Positions 24,111 through 36,417 are shown, numbered from the stretch's first letter. The stretch: DNA of 64,000 nucleotides from Eledone cirrhosa (GCA_964016885.1 OZ024753.1:9300001-9364000), one strand, 5' to 3'. Notes: a model not told the origin generated them from the letters alone. Program-made: numbers and translations.

Positions 24111-24318
24111 GCCCTCTTGCCCTAGGCCCAAAGTCCAATCACCCTCCCCCTTCACCTCTCCCCTCTCTTCTGTGACACCAGAGCTCTTGCCATCCCATCC
24201 CCCTTCCTGTTCTTTTTCTTCTTTCTTTCTTTCTTTTTTCTCTATATTTCCCTATTCTTTCTTTCCTTTTGTTTCCCCTTTTTTTTTTATTATTGCCGTC
24301 ATTACATTTGTCATTATT

Positions 24319-24505
24319 GTGGATTGGCAGTATCGGTAGAGGGTTGAACGCCATGCTTTGCAGCACAGAGTTACGGCCCTTTATGGTCTGAGTTCAAATC
24401 CTGCCAATGTTAACTTTGCCTTTCATCCTTACGGGGTCGATAAAATAAAGTACCAGTAATACACTGGGGTAATTGCTGGCCTTGTGCCAACAGTAGAAAC
24501 AATTA
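24319..24505 (+). mobile_element. SINE family B
   Basis: Full consensus match. Confidence 0.88.
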
Positions 24506-24529
24506 TTATTATTATTGCAAAAAATAAAA

Positions 24530-24984
24530 CTATATGTGTATGTCTGTATGTGTGTATGTGTGTGTGTGTGTGTGTGTGTTCATACCTTTATATATGTGTG
24601 TGTATGCCTGTATATATGTATGTGTATGTGTGTGTCCATACCTCTATATATATGCATGTGTGTGTGTATTCCTGTGTGTATGTGTGTGTGTCCATACCTC
24701 TATATATATGCATGTGTGTGTGTGTATGCCTGTATATATGTGTGTATGTGTGTGTGTCCATACCTCTATATATATGTATGTGTGTGTATGCCTGTATATG
24801 TGTGTGTGTCCCCATACCTCTATATATATACATATGTGTGTGTGTATGTCCATACCTCTATATATATACATGTGTGCGTGTGTCCATACCTATATACATA
24901 TGCATATGTGTGTGTGTGTGTCCATACCTCTATATATATATACATGTGTATGTGTGTGTGTGTGTCCATACCTCTATATATATA

Positions 24985-25025
<41 letters not shown>

Positions 25026-25400
25026 ATACCTCTATATATATACATATGTGTGTGTGTCTATACCTCTATATATATATACATGTGTGTGTGTCCATACCTC
25101 TATATATATATACATGTGTGTGTGTCCATACCTCTATATATATGCATATGTGTGTGTGTGTGTCCATACCTCTATATATATATATACATGTGTGTGTGTC
25201 CATACCTCTATATATATGCATGTGTGTGTATACCTGTATATATGTGTGTATGTGTGTGTGACCATACCTCTACATATATGCATATGTGTGTGCATGTGTG
25301 TGTATGCCCATACCTCTATATATATGTATGTGTGTGTGTATGCCTGTATGTATGTGTGTGTGTCCATACCACTCTATATATACATATGTGTGTGTGTATG
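24530..25400. repeat. Compound minisatellite [(TG)n TCCATACCTC (TA)n]
   Basis: Direct reading. Confidence 0.92.
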
Positions 25401-25553
25401 TTCATTTGTTTTGTTCAGTGAAGAATAAGAGCAAGTTATAATAAACCTTAAATAAGTTAGAATCAGACAGGTAAAAATAACATTTCAAAAAGAAAGATTA
25501 TTTCAAAGCATTCCTTATGGTTGACTTAACCATTTAGACAAGCTTTTGTATTA

Positions 25554-25883
25554 CAGTGGAACCTTGGTTTACAAACTTAAATCATTCCTGAAGGTTGTTC
25601 ATCACCCAAATGTTTGTAAGCCAAAACTATTTTTCCTCTCTGTAATGTTGAGAGAGAGATACAGTGAGAGAGACTGCATGTGAAAGACAGACAGATATTA
25701 CCTTAGATAGACATTATCTACACAGCAAGTAACGCTGTCCCACCAATACTCCCAGCTTGTTGCCAACCGGTGTTGCCAGCTTGTGTGTTTCTTACTCAAG
25801 ACACCATTCGTCACCTGAGATGTTTTATGTTCAGAAAAATGTTTTTCATGATGCAAGGACATTCATAAACTGAAACTCCACTG
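25554..25883. mobile_element. Tigger/pogo-like MITE
   Basis: TA|CAGTGGAACCTTGGTTTACAAAC ... ATTCATAAACTGAAACTCCACTG, imperfect TIRs of the CAGTGGAACCTCGG type. Confidence 0.6.
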
Positions 25884-26182
25884 TTCTCTAAATTTTATTT
25901 TAGCATTAATAATAGATCCTACCATCATCTAGATCTTTCTCACAAAGTTTATATCAATAATGTCTACTGGCAGCTCTTTAAACACACCTGTCAGGTGTCA
26001 CCACCTGACACTACCCCAGCATCATCATCACCACCACCACAAAAGGTGGTGGTAAAATTTCCTTAGTTGAAAAAATATAAATTTGTATTTTCTCTCAAGA
26101 AATATTTTAAGTATCGGACAACATATTCTATACAATAGAGGAAATGAAAATAAAGGAATTAAATATTTGGTCAATTTGGATA

Positions 26183-26590
26183 ATAATTGTTTCTACTTTT
26201 GGCACAAGGCCAGTAATTATCCCAGTGCATTACTGGTACTTTATTTTATCGGCCCCGTAAGGATGAAAGGCAAAGTTAACCTCGGCGGGATTTGAACTCA
26301 GACCATAAAGGGCTGTAACTCTTTGCTGCAAAGCATGGCGTCCAACCCTCCACCGATATTGCCAATCCACCGCCCCTATTTGGATAATAATGGCTTCTTA
26401 TGTAGGCACAAGGCCAGCAATTTTGGCAGAGGAGAAAGTTGATTAAATCGACCTCAGTGCATGACTGGTACTTTATTTTATCGACCCCGTAAGGATGAAA
26501 GGCAAAGTTCACCTCGGCAGGATTTGAACTCAGACCGCAAAGGGCCATAACTCTATGCTGCAAAGCATGGCGTCCGACCCTCTACCAATA
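26183..26590 (-). mobile_element. Two tandem SINE family B copies (26183-26373, ~26385-26590)
   Basis: Reverse-complement consensus matches. Confidence 0.85.
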
Positions 26591-26683
26591 ATATTTTGCT
26601 GAACATGGCAGAACTTGGTGTCTCTTGAGGTCACTGGCTGTGACTTTGTGATAACTGGTATGACTATAAAGCAAAATAGAAAT

Positions 26684-26976
26684 AATGATGGTGGTGGTGG
26701 TGGTGGTGGTGATGGTGGTGGTGGTGGTGATGGTGGTGCTGATGGTGATGGTGGTGGTGGTGATGGTGGTGGTGATGGTGGTGGTGGTGGTGATGGTGGT
26801 GGTGGTGGTGGTGGCGGTGGTGGTGGTGATGATGATGATGACGATGATGGTGGCGGTGGTGGTGATGGTGGTGGTGGTGGTGGTGGTGGTGGTGATGATG
26901 GTGATGGTGATGGTGGTGGTGATGATGATGATGGTGATGGTGGTGGTGGTGGTGATGATGGTGATGGTGGTGGTGA

Positions 26977-27010
<34 letters not shown>

Positions 27011-27119
27011 GATGATGATGTTGGTGATGATGATGATGGTGGTGGTGGTGGTGGTGGTGATGATGATGATGGTGGTGGTGGTGGTGGTGATGATGATGAT
27101 GGTGGTGGTGGTGGTGATG
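26684..27119. repeat. (GGT/GAT)n microsatellite
   Basis: Direct reading. Confidence 0.95.
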
Positions 27120-27392
27120 CTATTGGCCCTGAATTATTGATTTTAAAACAAAGTTGTAATACTTTGATATTATTGACATTACTGTAAATCTAAATGTTAG
27201 GATTAAAGTTGCCAAGAAAACATAAGAAAGAGATTCTAAAAAATGACATTTTTATTGTTTTAAATAATATTATTAGATTATTTTACAATAATTTATATAT
27301 TTCTTCCTCTTTTGCTAACATTACACTGACAACATGTTTACAAATTTAAAGTTGTGCAATTATTACTGGAGAAATTTCATTTATAGCTGAAT

Positions 27393-27537
27393 GTGGTAGT
27401 AGTAGTAGTAGTAGTAGTAGCTGTGGTGGTAGTGGTGGTGGTGGTGATGTTGGTAGTAGTGGTGGTGGTGGTGGTAGTTGTGGAGGTGGTGGTGGTGGTA
27501 GTAGTGGTGGTTGTGGTGGTGGTAGTAGTGGTGATGA

Positions 27538-27568
<31 letters not shown>

Positions 27569-28085
27569 GGTAGTCGTGGTGGTAGTGGTGGTGATGTTGG
27601 TAGTAGTGGTGGTGGTAGTTGTGGAGGTGGTGGTGGTAGTAGTGGTTGTGGTGGTGGTAGCAATGGTGATGGTAGTAGTGGTGGTGGTAGTAGTGGTGGT
27701 AGTGGTGGTGGTGGTAGTAGTGGTGGTGATGGTAGTAGTGGTGGTGGTAGTGGTGGTGGTGGTAGTAGTGGTGGTGGTGGTAGTAGTGGTGGTTGTGGTG
27801 GTGGTGGTAGTAGTGGTGATGATAGTAGTAGTAGTAGTGGTGGTAGCAGTAGTAGTGGTGGTGGTGGTGGTAGTGGTGGTGGTGGTAGTGGTGGTGGTAG
27901 TAGTAGTAGTGGTTGTGGTAGTGGTTGTGGGGGTAGTAGTGGTGGTGGTAACAGTAGTAGTGGTGTTGGTGGTGGTGGTTATAGTGGTGGTGGTAGCAAT
28001 AGTGGTGGTGGTGAAGGTGGTGGTGAAGGTGGTGGTAGTAGTAGTAGTGGTGGTAGTAGTAGTAGTAGTAGTAGGGGTGGTGGTG
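27393..28085. repeat. (GTG/GTA)n microsatellite
   Basis: Direct reading. Confidence 0.95.
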
Positions 28086-28253
28086 TCCTGGTTTCCTTTA
28101 CTCTGAGTTTAAATCCCACCAGGGTCAGCTCTGCTTTTTATTTCCTTAATATATATATCTTAATTAATTACCAACATAAGCAAATTAGAATGTCTATTTC
28201 AGAATAATACTAAGAGTGATACATGTGTATGTGTGTGTGTGTGTGCGCGCGTG

Positions 28254-28286
<33 letters not shown>

Positions 28287-28390
28287 GTGTGTGTGTCAAG
28301 CTAAACTATAATAAAGTAAGGAGTGCAGGACTGCATACAGTTTATAATTTGTTATCCCCTTAGTAAAATAAGTTGGATTACTTTGAATAA

Positions 28391-28745
28391 ATAATTGTTT
28401 CTACTTTTGGCACAAGGCCAGCAATTACCCAGTGCATTACTGGTACTTTATTTTATCGACCCCGTAAGGATGAAAGGCAAAGTTAACCTCGGCGGGATTT
28501 GAACTCAGATCATACAGGGAGGTAACTCTATGCTTCAAAGCATACTTTGAATAAATAATTGTTTCTACTTTAGGCACAAGGCCAGCAATTACCCAGTGCA
28601 TTACTGGTACTTTATTTTATCGACCCCGTAAGGATGAAAGGCAAAGTCAACCTCGGCGGGATTTGAACTCAGATCGTAAAGGGACGTAACTATGCTGGAA
28701 AGCATGGCGTCCGAGCCTCTACTGATACTGCCAATCCACCGCCCC
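28391..28745 (-). mobile_element. SINE family B, full copy plus partial tandem duplicate
   Basis: 28391-28543 partial and 28556-28745 full, each preceded by ACTTTGAATAAATAATTG. Confidence 0.85.
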
Positions 28746-28929
28746 ATTACTAAATAATGAATGAATATTACATAATTTATTTACTAAATTTCGTGGCTGT
28801 TCATTAAATATATTTTATTATTTATTTAAAGATTCACTTCTTTAAAATTTTCGAATGTCAACACTTCCGGTTAGCAATTGTTTAAATAAATATTCATATA
28901 TTTCTGTCACTAATTTTCTCCTAATGCAG

Positions 28930-29280
28930 TTTATATATAATATCATTTTTTTTTAATGTATCATGGATTACGTTACTGATTACATCAGACAGTGTAACAC
29001 AGTCTTCGTACAATTTCTATGTATATTATCCATTACCGTGCTATTTGATCATAGCTACATGGCTATATACTTGCATATAATATCAATATACACACTATAC
29101 ATGCTAGCAGATATATAATATTGTCTTTTTTTAATGTATCATGGATTATCTTACTGATTACATAAGAGAGTGTAACCCAGTCTTCGTTCAACTTCTGTAT
29201 ATATTGTCAATTACGATTTTATTTGATGTATCATATTTATCTGTATATAATATCAATATACACACTACACATGCTAGCAC
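28930..29280. repeat. Diverged tandem duplication (~175-bp units)
   Basis: TTTTTTAATGTATCATGGATTA...TATACACACTAYACATGCTAGCA occurs twice. Confidence 0.75.
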
Positions 29281-29414
29281 CAAGGGTGGTTTTTCTGCTA
29301 GTATATATTAATTTATAACAAGACTCACATTTTAGCCTTATTATAAATGAATATTTATAATGCAGTATTCTCCTTTCTCTCAGCCGTCAACCACATATGG
29401 ATATGACAATATAT

Positions 29415-29817
29415 ATGTCTAGGGTGGGTAAAATTCCCGAGATCCATGGATGAGTTCTCTCCAACGGTCTCTGTCCCTCATTATCGCTGCCATGTCATGC
29501 GTCTCCAAGAGACCAGTATCTGTCCTTAGGGCATCAACATATGTTAACCTCGGTCTTCCTCTTCCAGTGTGTCCATGCAGAGGCTCCTACAGGAGCACTG
29601 AGTGTAGTGTCAACTCTGGATGTCGGTGGAGTCTGTGCTGCTGTACAGGTCTGAGACTTGGACACTGACCAAGAGACTCACTCAGATGGTGGATGGGTGC
29701 TACACGAGAATGCTGAGGATGGCTCTGAACATGAATCAGTATTCACTTAGGATGAAGAACTCAGAGCTGTATGGGAGCCTCCCAAAAGTCAGCTCAAGAG
29801 TAGCACAGAGGAGACCG
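29415..29817 (-). mobile_element. RTE-like LINE (second family) 3' end with inverted 5' segment
   Basis: Minus 29600-29418: VLL*EPLHGHTGRGRPRLTYVDALRTDTGL..DRDRWREL; plus 29620-29815: SVESVLLYRSETWTLTK..DGCYTRMLRMAL..VAQRR. Confidence 0.8.
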
Positions 29818-29879
29818 TCTTCCTCCGGTTGCAACATTTTTTGAAATATTCACTTCTGCGTTTACAGATTGACTTTGTT

Positions 29880-29930
29880 AGTTTCAGAAGATCCCGTTAA
29901 GGGTGAAAGCAGCGATTCTTTGCTTAAACT
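29880..29930 (+). ncRNA. Degenerate hammerhead motif (element ~29822-30040 ending at (TA)n)
   Basis: AGUUU CAGAAGA U-CCC-GUUAA-GGG-U GAAA GCA-(9 nt)-UGC UU|AAACU; all three stems pair, U4>A core change; AATAAA downstream. Confidence 0.55.
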
Positions 29931-30072
29931 TTAATCTGTTATTTTAATAAATATTTGCTCTACGGTTCTTATATATTTGATATATATTTATCCTTATCGA
30001 GCCCTCTTTGGATTTTAGTCTTGAAATTTATTATTATTACTATATATATATATATAGTATTCATGTATTCAT

Positions 30073-30111
<39 letters not shown>

Positions 30112-30244
30112 TAGACCACCCGTGACCTGTTGGGTCATGTTTACTTGAAAATAATTTTTAAATAATTAAAATATACACAAAATGTATACAATGTAAAATT
30201 ACATTGGAAAGCCAATATATATATGTGTGTGTGTGTGTATGTAC

Positions 30245-30292
<48 letters not shown>

Positions 30293-30425
30293 TTGGGTGT
30301 GTGGGTGTCTGTGGCCTATATATACTGGTTACAGACATACACACACACATACATCCTGTCCTAACACAAGTTATAAGATACATATAACTTAATATTCAGT
30401 CACCAAATTCCAGTTAGATACGCTG

Positions 30426-32560
30426 TTACAGTTTGTTCAAAAGAATGCTTTTGATGACAACATTCTTAGTTGACATTTTCTTCTCGTTTTCCACGGCTAA
30501 GGGCTACCTACAGTTGACCGTGTTGGAATACAGGTCGTTCTAGATAAACCAAGACGTTTTCCATAGTTTGTCCTTGTGCTTTATGAATAGTCATAATGAA
30601 GCACGATTGAACTGGGAATTGGCTTCGCTGCAAGGGATATCCTCACCTTCGGATAGATTAATTCTTATTCTAGGTATCATAACGATCTCATTTCTGAAAG
30701 CAGCAGTGTTGATTCTCGCTACTATGAGATTGTCGTGCAGTTCTTCCACAATCATGCGCGTTCCATTACAAAGCCTTGGAGGATTCAAGTTTCACATAAG
30801 AATTATTGGCGATCCTTTTTTCAATTCCAGGTTATGTGGTGGCAGTCCTGATAGTTCAACCGAATCAAGGAATTCAGTCGGGAAATGAGTGGCATTGGCA
30901 CCATCACTCACAGAATTATAGGATCGGTACTCTTTTATGGTTCCAGGGAAGTGTCTGATACAGGTGGAATTGATGCTTCTCATCATTTCATTGAGAGGTA
31001 CTAAGATGCAATTGTTCGAAAACACTTTGAATGAGGGGTAGATGAAATCAATGCATTCTTCCATAGTTGTTGCTTGGAGAACCATTTCTTTTGGCAAAAT
31101 AATTTCTTCATTTTCATTTCTTTTTATCTTATCTTCTCCAATATCCAATAGGAACTGTGAATAGTCTCCTGCTCCCCCACCCAATCGCATGTTTGTCTTC
31201 AACTGAAATCTTTTGAAGCTTCGCCATAAGTAGGATTTTTTAATGCAGGCGTTTTCCACGTCCGCTTCATTTCCCCTTTTCACTACCGGAAGAAGCTGAT
31301 GGAAATCACCACAGCAAATTGTCAAAATTCCACCGAATGCCTCATTGTTGTCGCATATGTCATGCAGAGTGAGGTCAACAGCTTCGAAGCTTTCTCTCTG
31401 AATCATAGGACACTCATCCCAAACAATCAGCCTTGTATGCTGAAGATGTTTGCCGTCTTTGAGTTTTTATCATTGTTGCACAGACCATTTTCTTTCACTA
31501 CTATCGGTATTTTGAACCTAGAATGCGCTGTTCTTCCACCAGGCATCAGTGTTGCGGCAATGCCAGATGACGCAACAGCAATAGCCACGTCACCGTTTCC
31601 CCTGACTTTTGAAAGAATTAAGTTAATCAGGAATGTCTTTCCTGTTCCACCAGGAGCGTCAATGAAAATCAATACAGATGTGTTCATCTCTAAACTGTTA
31701 CAAACGAAGTCGTACACGTGTTTTTGTTCACTATTCAGTAGAGGCTCTGTCTCTTCTACAAATCGTCGCTGCTCTTCTCTGCTGTATTGCAATTCATGCA
31801 ATAACTCCAAATTGCCAATATCCTGATTAGCAACAATATTATTTGGCCTTGGCAAGTTAAAGCCACTAAGACTTTTGCCCAAAATACAGAAGACATTGAT
31901 CATAAAGTCTCTCGCTAATCAAAAGGTTAGAGTTTCTGGTAATCTTTCCTTCTAGTTGAAGGTAATCCTCAGACAGCGAATGCTTAAATCGAACCCATAA
32001 AGCACTGGAATTGTCAATTTCCGTATTTGTGAGGAGCACAATGAATAGATCTCTCATGGCTTTGGGAAGCTTTGTTCGCTCAGCATCTTCCAGAGTCTGC
32101 TGCCAATGATCATTCGATTGAAGCAAACCTTTCTCTCTGCAGATGTCTTTGAATAATGTCAGGAGTTCTCCATCACACATTTTCAAAGAGTTGAAGGATA
32201 CTGGCCCTTTGACGTGATGCAAAAGGAGTTTTAAATAATACAGGTCACTACTTAGTGGAGAAACAGTGTATACTCGTCCCAAAACGTTTGCCTAAAAAAT
32301 CTCTGGATACTGCTAAACTGTTTCCCCCACATTTCTCCTTTCCCATCTCTTATTACTCCAAGTGTAAAACTTTGGCATATCGGCATAATAGAATGTTTTT
32401 GTAAACGGATTGCGATCCAGTCAGAATCGTCTTAGCCATGTTATTGTTTACTTTAACAGCAGCATTGACCCGAAAGAAGATTTGATTTTCCTCAGGTATA
32501 TGAACTTGAAGGCAAACTACGGCCTGTTCTCTCTCATGAATTGGAAATCCAAGTACCAAG
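30426..32560 (-). pseudogene. Helitron RepHel C-terminal region / PIF1-family helicase, frameshifted
   Basis: FPIHER..LQVH; YYLKLLLHHVKGPVSF; DAPGGTGKTF; ASSGIAATLMPGGRTAHSRFKIP; FGG..GDFHQLLPV; SGLPPHNL; RLCNGTR; MTIHKAQGQT; HGQL*VALSR. Confidence 0.95.
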
Positions 32561-33015
32561 TCAAATATTCTGTTTAAAGAAAGCTGAAATATATATACTC
32601 AGAGTACAAATAATTTGTATTTTCTAAGTCACTTAAGAATATTTTTTAAATATGCCAAGAAATATTTTTTCCATCGTATTCACAGGAAAATAATTTTAAA
32701 AAATGAAGATATTGTGTATGTAAATAAAGCTATTTGTGAAATCCAATATTTCTAAATAATTGAAATATTCTTTTTAATTAAAGCAAAAATATAAACACCT
32801 ACTGTTTAAAACCAACTGATATTTTACAGTGATATTCATTTAATGCTTTTCTGATAATTAAACTATCGACTGTTTAAAGAAAACTCAAATATAGATACTT
32901 GAAGTACAAACAACTTGTAGTTTTGAAATCATATTCACTGAGAAATCACTGAAAAATCTTTTTTTAATAATTATTAAAAATATTTCGCGAATGATGAAAA
33001 TAGGTTATGTCGATT

Positions 33016-33877
33016 TTAGCAACGGAGGTGGGTGCTCAGAAAGTACAATAACTAGGGTAAGAACGGGATGGAAGAAGTTTAGGGAACTACTACCACTGCT
33101 AGCTGCAAAAGGCTTCTCCCTCAGAATGAAAGGCAGACTGTATGATGCGTGTATCCGAACAGCGATGTTGCATGGTAGTGAGACCTGGGCGCTGAAGGTG
33201 GAAGACTTACGTAGATTAGAGAGAAACGAAGCCTGCATGCTCCGATGGATGTGTAACAGTAATATACGTGAACGACAAAGCATAAAGGAATTGAGAGAGA
33301 GACTGAGCATAAGAGGAATCAAATGCTGCGTGCAGGAGAGGCGGTTACGCTGGTATGGACATGTGATGCGTATGAAGGATGACAGCTGCATAAAAAGGTG
33401 CAGAGCACTAGAAGTTGATGGAAACCGCGGAGTGGGGAGACCCAAGATGACTTGGGATGAGGTGATAAAAGCCGACCTTACCCAACTACACCTCTCAAAG
33501 TCAATGACACACGACCGTGACTTCTGGCGTCACGCAGTAATACAGGGTACCCGACCTCCCATGGGTACATGCTGAAGCATATAAACAATATGCCCCCCCC
33601 CCCCCACCGCAAGGTGGCCGTGGAGGTGCCACGGCAAAAAAGCACCCAGCCCACACTGTAAAGTGGACGTGTAGGCGCCACGAAAAAGCACCCAGCACTC
33701 ACTGTAAATGAGGTTGGTGTTAGGAAGGGCATCCAGCTGTAGAAATCAAGCCAGATCAGTTCCTGTATGAGCAAGGCATGGTCAGCCGACCAGACACTGC
33801 CCACAACAGGACAACCCGTCTAACCCATGCTAGCGTGGAAGAACGGACGTAAAACGGTGATGATGATGATGATGATG
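33016..33877 (+). mobile_element. 5'-truncated RTE LINE inserted in the Helitron (RT C-terminal frame to 33575)
   Basis: Highly similar to the 9102-9692 protein; conserved 3' UTR and (GAT)n. Confidence 0.92.
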
Positions 33878-33971
33878 ACATCAAACTTGTTTTATCCCAA
33901 TTTCAGGGTTATATCACTTACAGGGCTATTTCTCCATTATGCACCGTTTTGGCTATTTACAAAGGTATCCT

Positions 33972-34009
<38 letters not shown>

Positions 34010-34369
34010 GTCTCTAACTTAAGTACTGTTACACACACACACACACACGTCTCTAAGTACGTAAACACATGCACTGGCACACCTACACATACACACGGTG
34101 GCAGTAGAACTGTGAAAGAGAGAGAAAGAAATAACGTTATGGATAGGGGGAGAGTTAAAATAAATAAAAGTTAAGGACGCTGTCTCTTTCCCTATCTGTC
34201 ATCCCCTCCCCCTCTCTCTCTCATCTCTTTATTCTCTCTCATTCCCTCTCTCTCTTTCTCTTTTTTTCTCTCACCCTCACTCTCTTTCTCTCACCCTCAC
34301 TCTCTTTCTCACCCTCACTCTCTTTCTCACCCTCACTCTCTCTTTCTCTCCCTCTCTCTGGCACTGGTT

Positions 34370-35468
34370 TGAAAGTTTGCGTCTCAGCAAGCGGTGAACC
34401 CCGCTCGTTTATATCTGTAAAGTGACTAAAGATTAAAACAAATGTAATATGGTTAGGGTTAGAGTTAGTTGTTAGTTGTTAGGGTTAGGGTTAGGGTTAG
34501 GGTTAGGGTTAGGGTTAGGGTTAGGGTTAGTTGTTAGGGTTAGTTGTTAGGGTTAGGGTTAGTTGTTAGGGGTTAGGGTTAGGGTTAGTTGTTAGGGGTT
34601 AGGGTTAGGATTAGGGTTAGGGTTAGTTGTTAGGGGTTAGGGGTTAGGGTTAGTTGTTAGGGTTAGTTGTTAGGGTTAGGGTTAGTTGTTGGGGTTAGTT
34701 GTTAGGGTTACGGTTAGGGTTAGTTGTTAGGGTTATGGTTAGGGTTAGTTATTAGGGTTAGGGTTAGTTGTTAGGGTTAGGGTTAGTTTTTAGGGTTAGG
34801 GTTAGTTTTTAGGGTTAGGGTTACGGTCAGAGTTAGGGTTAGGGTTAGGGTTAGGGTTAGGGTTAGGGTTAGGGTTAGGGTTAGTTTTTAGGGTTAGGGT
34901 TACGGTCAGAGTTAGGGTTAGTTGTTAGGGTTAGGGTTAGTTTTTAGGGTTAGGGTTAGTTGTTAGGGTTAGGGTTATTTGTTAGGGTTAGGGTTAGTTG
35001 TTAGGGTTACGGTTGGGGTTAGTTTTTAGGGCTACGGTTAGGGTTAGTTTTTAGGGTTAGTTGTTAGGGTTACAGTTAGGATTAGTTGTTAGGGTTACGG
35101 TTAGTTGTTAGGGTTACGGTTAGGGTTAGTTGTTAGGGTTACGGTTAGGGTTAGGGTTAGGGTTAGGGTTAGTTGTTAGGGTTAGGGTTAGTTGTTAGGG
35201 TTATGGTTAGGGTTATTTGTTTGGGTTAGTTTTAGGGTTACGGTTATGGTTAGTTGTTAGGGTTATGGTTAGGGTTAGTTTTAGGGTTAGGGTTACGGTT
35301 AGTTGTTAGGGTTAGGGTTAGTTGTTAGTTTTTAGGGTTAGGGATGAGCTAAACATACAGAGAATGAAAAAATTGAACAGAGAAGAAAAATATTGTGATT
35401 TCACTTTACGGATATAAACGGGAGGAACTATAGGCAGGGTTCACCGCTTGCTGAGACGCAAACTTTCA
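34370..35468. mobile_element. Inverted-repeat cassette enclosing a telomeric array
   Basis: Perfect 32-bp IR 34370-34401 / 35437-35468 (TGAAAGTTTGCGTCTCAGCAAGCGGTGAACCC); inner 19/20 IR 34406-34425 / 35401-35420. Confidence 0.7.
34451..35343 (+). repeat. Interstitial degenerate telomeric array (TTAGGG)n with TTAGTTG, TTAGTTT, TTACGG, TTATGG variants
   Basis: Direct reading; single orientation throughout. Confidence 0.95.
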
Positions 35469-36094
35469 CTTTTGACAGACAATAAGAAACCACTGCCTTC
35501 TCTCTCACCCTCACTCTCTCTTTCTCTTTCCCACCCTCACTCTCTTTCTCTCTCTCTCCCTCACTCTCTGTCTCTCTCTCACCCTCTCTTTCTCTCTCTC
35601 ACCCTCTCTTTCTCTCTCTCACCCCCCTCTGGACAACCAAAAAACAAATGGATTATTTCTTTCGGTATTCATTATAAAATAAGATAAATTGAATTTGCTA
35701 TTTTTGGAAAATTGAAAATATTGTCAATGTGCGATTTACGCCAAATTTGTTTTATTTAGAGTATTTTCTCATTAAGCAATGTTTTGGCTATTTACGAAGT
35801 TTTGCAGGGTTATGTTAATTTCGAGGTATTTTCCCAGTATGCACCGTTGTGGCTATTTACGAAGGTACCCCCAAAACTCGCGAATCTCGGGGTCAGATTT
35901 TCGCGAAACTTGTTCTATTCAATTTGTATTCCCATTTCAGAAGCAACTTGCTTTCAAAGTATTTACCCATTATGCGCCCTTTTGGCTGTATTACATAACA
36001 GACAAGCAAGCAAGCAAGATCAGAGTTTTAGCAGTATATAGATAGTCCAATTCCACCCCGCCCGTCCCTTCAATCTATATTATTTCTCATTCTT

Positions 36095-36130
36095 TCTTCT
36101 GATGAAGGACTAGTATCCAAAACGTTAAGA
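36095..36130 (+). ncRNA. Degenerate minimal hammerhead motif, family H3 (element ~36060-36218)
   Basis: UCUU CUGAUGA AGGAC-UAGU-AUCC AAAA CG UU|AAGA; CGAAA>CAAAA is consistent with CpG decay; palindromic AACGUU; second copy 59379-59413 (-). Confidence 0.55.
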
Positions 36131-36214
36131 CCCTCTTCCTGCTATTTCAAGTGTTAACCTAATATATTCCTTCTATATACTGTACCGATTGTGTTGTTAT
36201 TTCTGTTTACCTTT

Positions 36215-36266
<52 letters not shown>

Positions 36267-36359
36267 AAGTAATTCCGTCGGAAAAGTCCAGGAAAAAAGA
36301 GTGCTCTATGTAGGTAACAGAGCTTAATAGTTATGTAATAAACAACATAAGGCAATAAT

Positions 36360-36417
36360 TCCATTTACCAGTGGTTTCTTAAAAGCAAAAAATTTTGCTT
36401 TCAATCCTCAGAATGAA
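36360..36417 (-). ncRNA. Type I hammerhead ribozyme motif, canonical core (element ~36264-36440 between (TA)n)
   Basis: UUCAUU CUGAGGA UUGAAAGCAAA-AUUU-UUUGCUUUUAA GAAA CC-ACU-GG UA|AAUGGA. Confidence 0.75.

Larger units (their letters stand above)
30111..36042 (-). mobile_element. Helitron, internally deleted, both termini present
   Basis: Minus-strand 5' end A|TCTATATACTGCTAAAACTCTGATC(TTGC)n at 36042; 3' end TGACC-CAACA-GGTCA hairpin then CGGGTGGTCTAG|T at 30111; helicase relic inside. Confidence 0.8.

Noticed and set aside
24484-28106. Long CV/YI-rich, poly-G/D and poly-V ORFs
   Set aside because: Microsatellite translations; the same applies to 7181-7586, 19069-19406, 22480-23050 and 37166-38886
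29270-29301. Possible Helitron 3' end (..TTCTGCTAG|T)
   Set aside because: No convincing subterminal hairpin and no matching 5' TC end found
31299-31826. 175-aa plus-strand ORF (also 9116-9616, 33005-33445, 30568-30888)
   Set aside because: Antisense shadows of helicase or RT coding sequence
34451-35343. True chromosome end or telomere-telomere fusion
   Set aside because: Array is internal, unidirectional, degenerate and bracketed by inverted repeats
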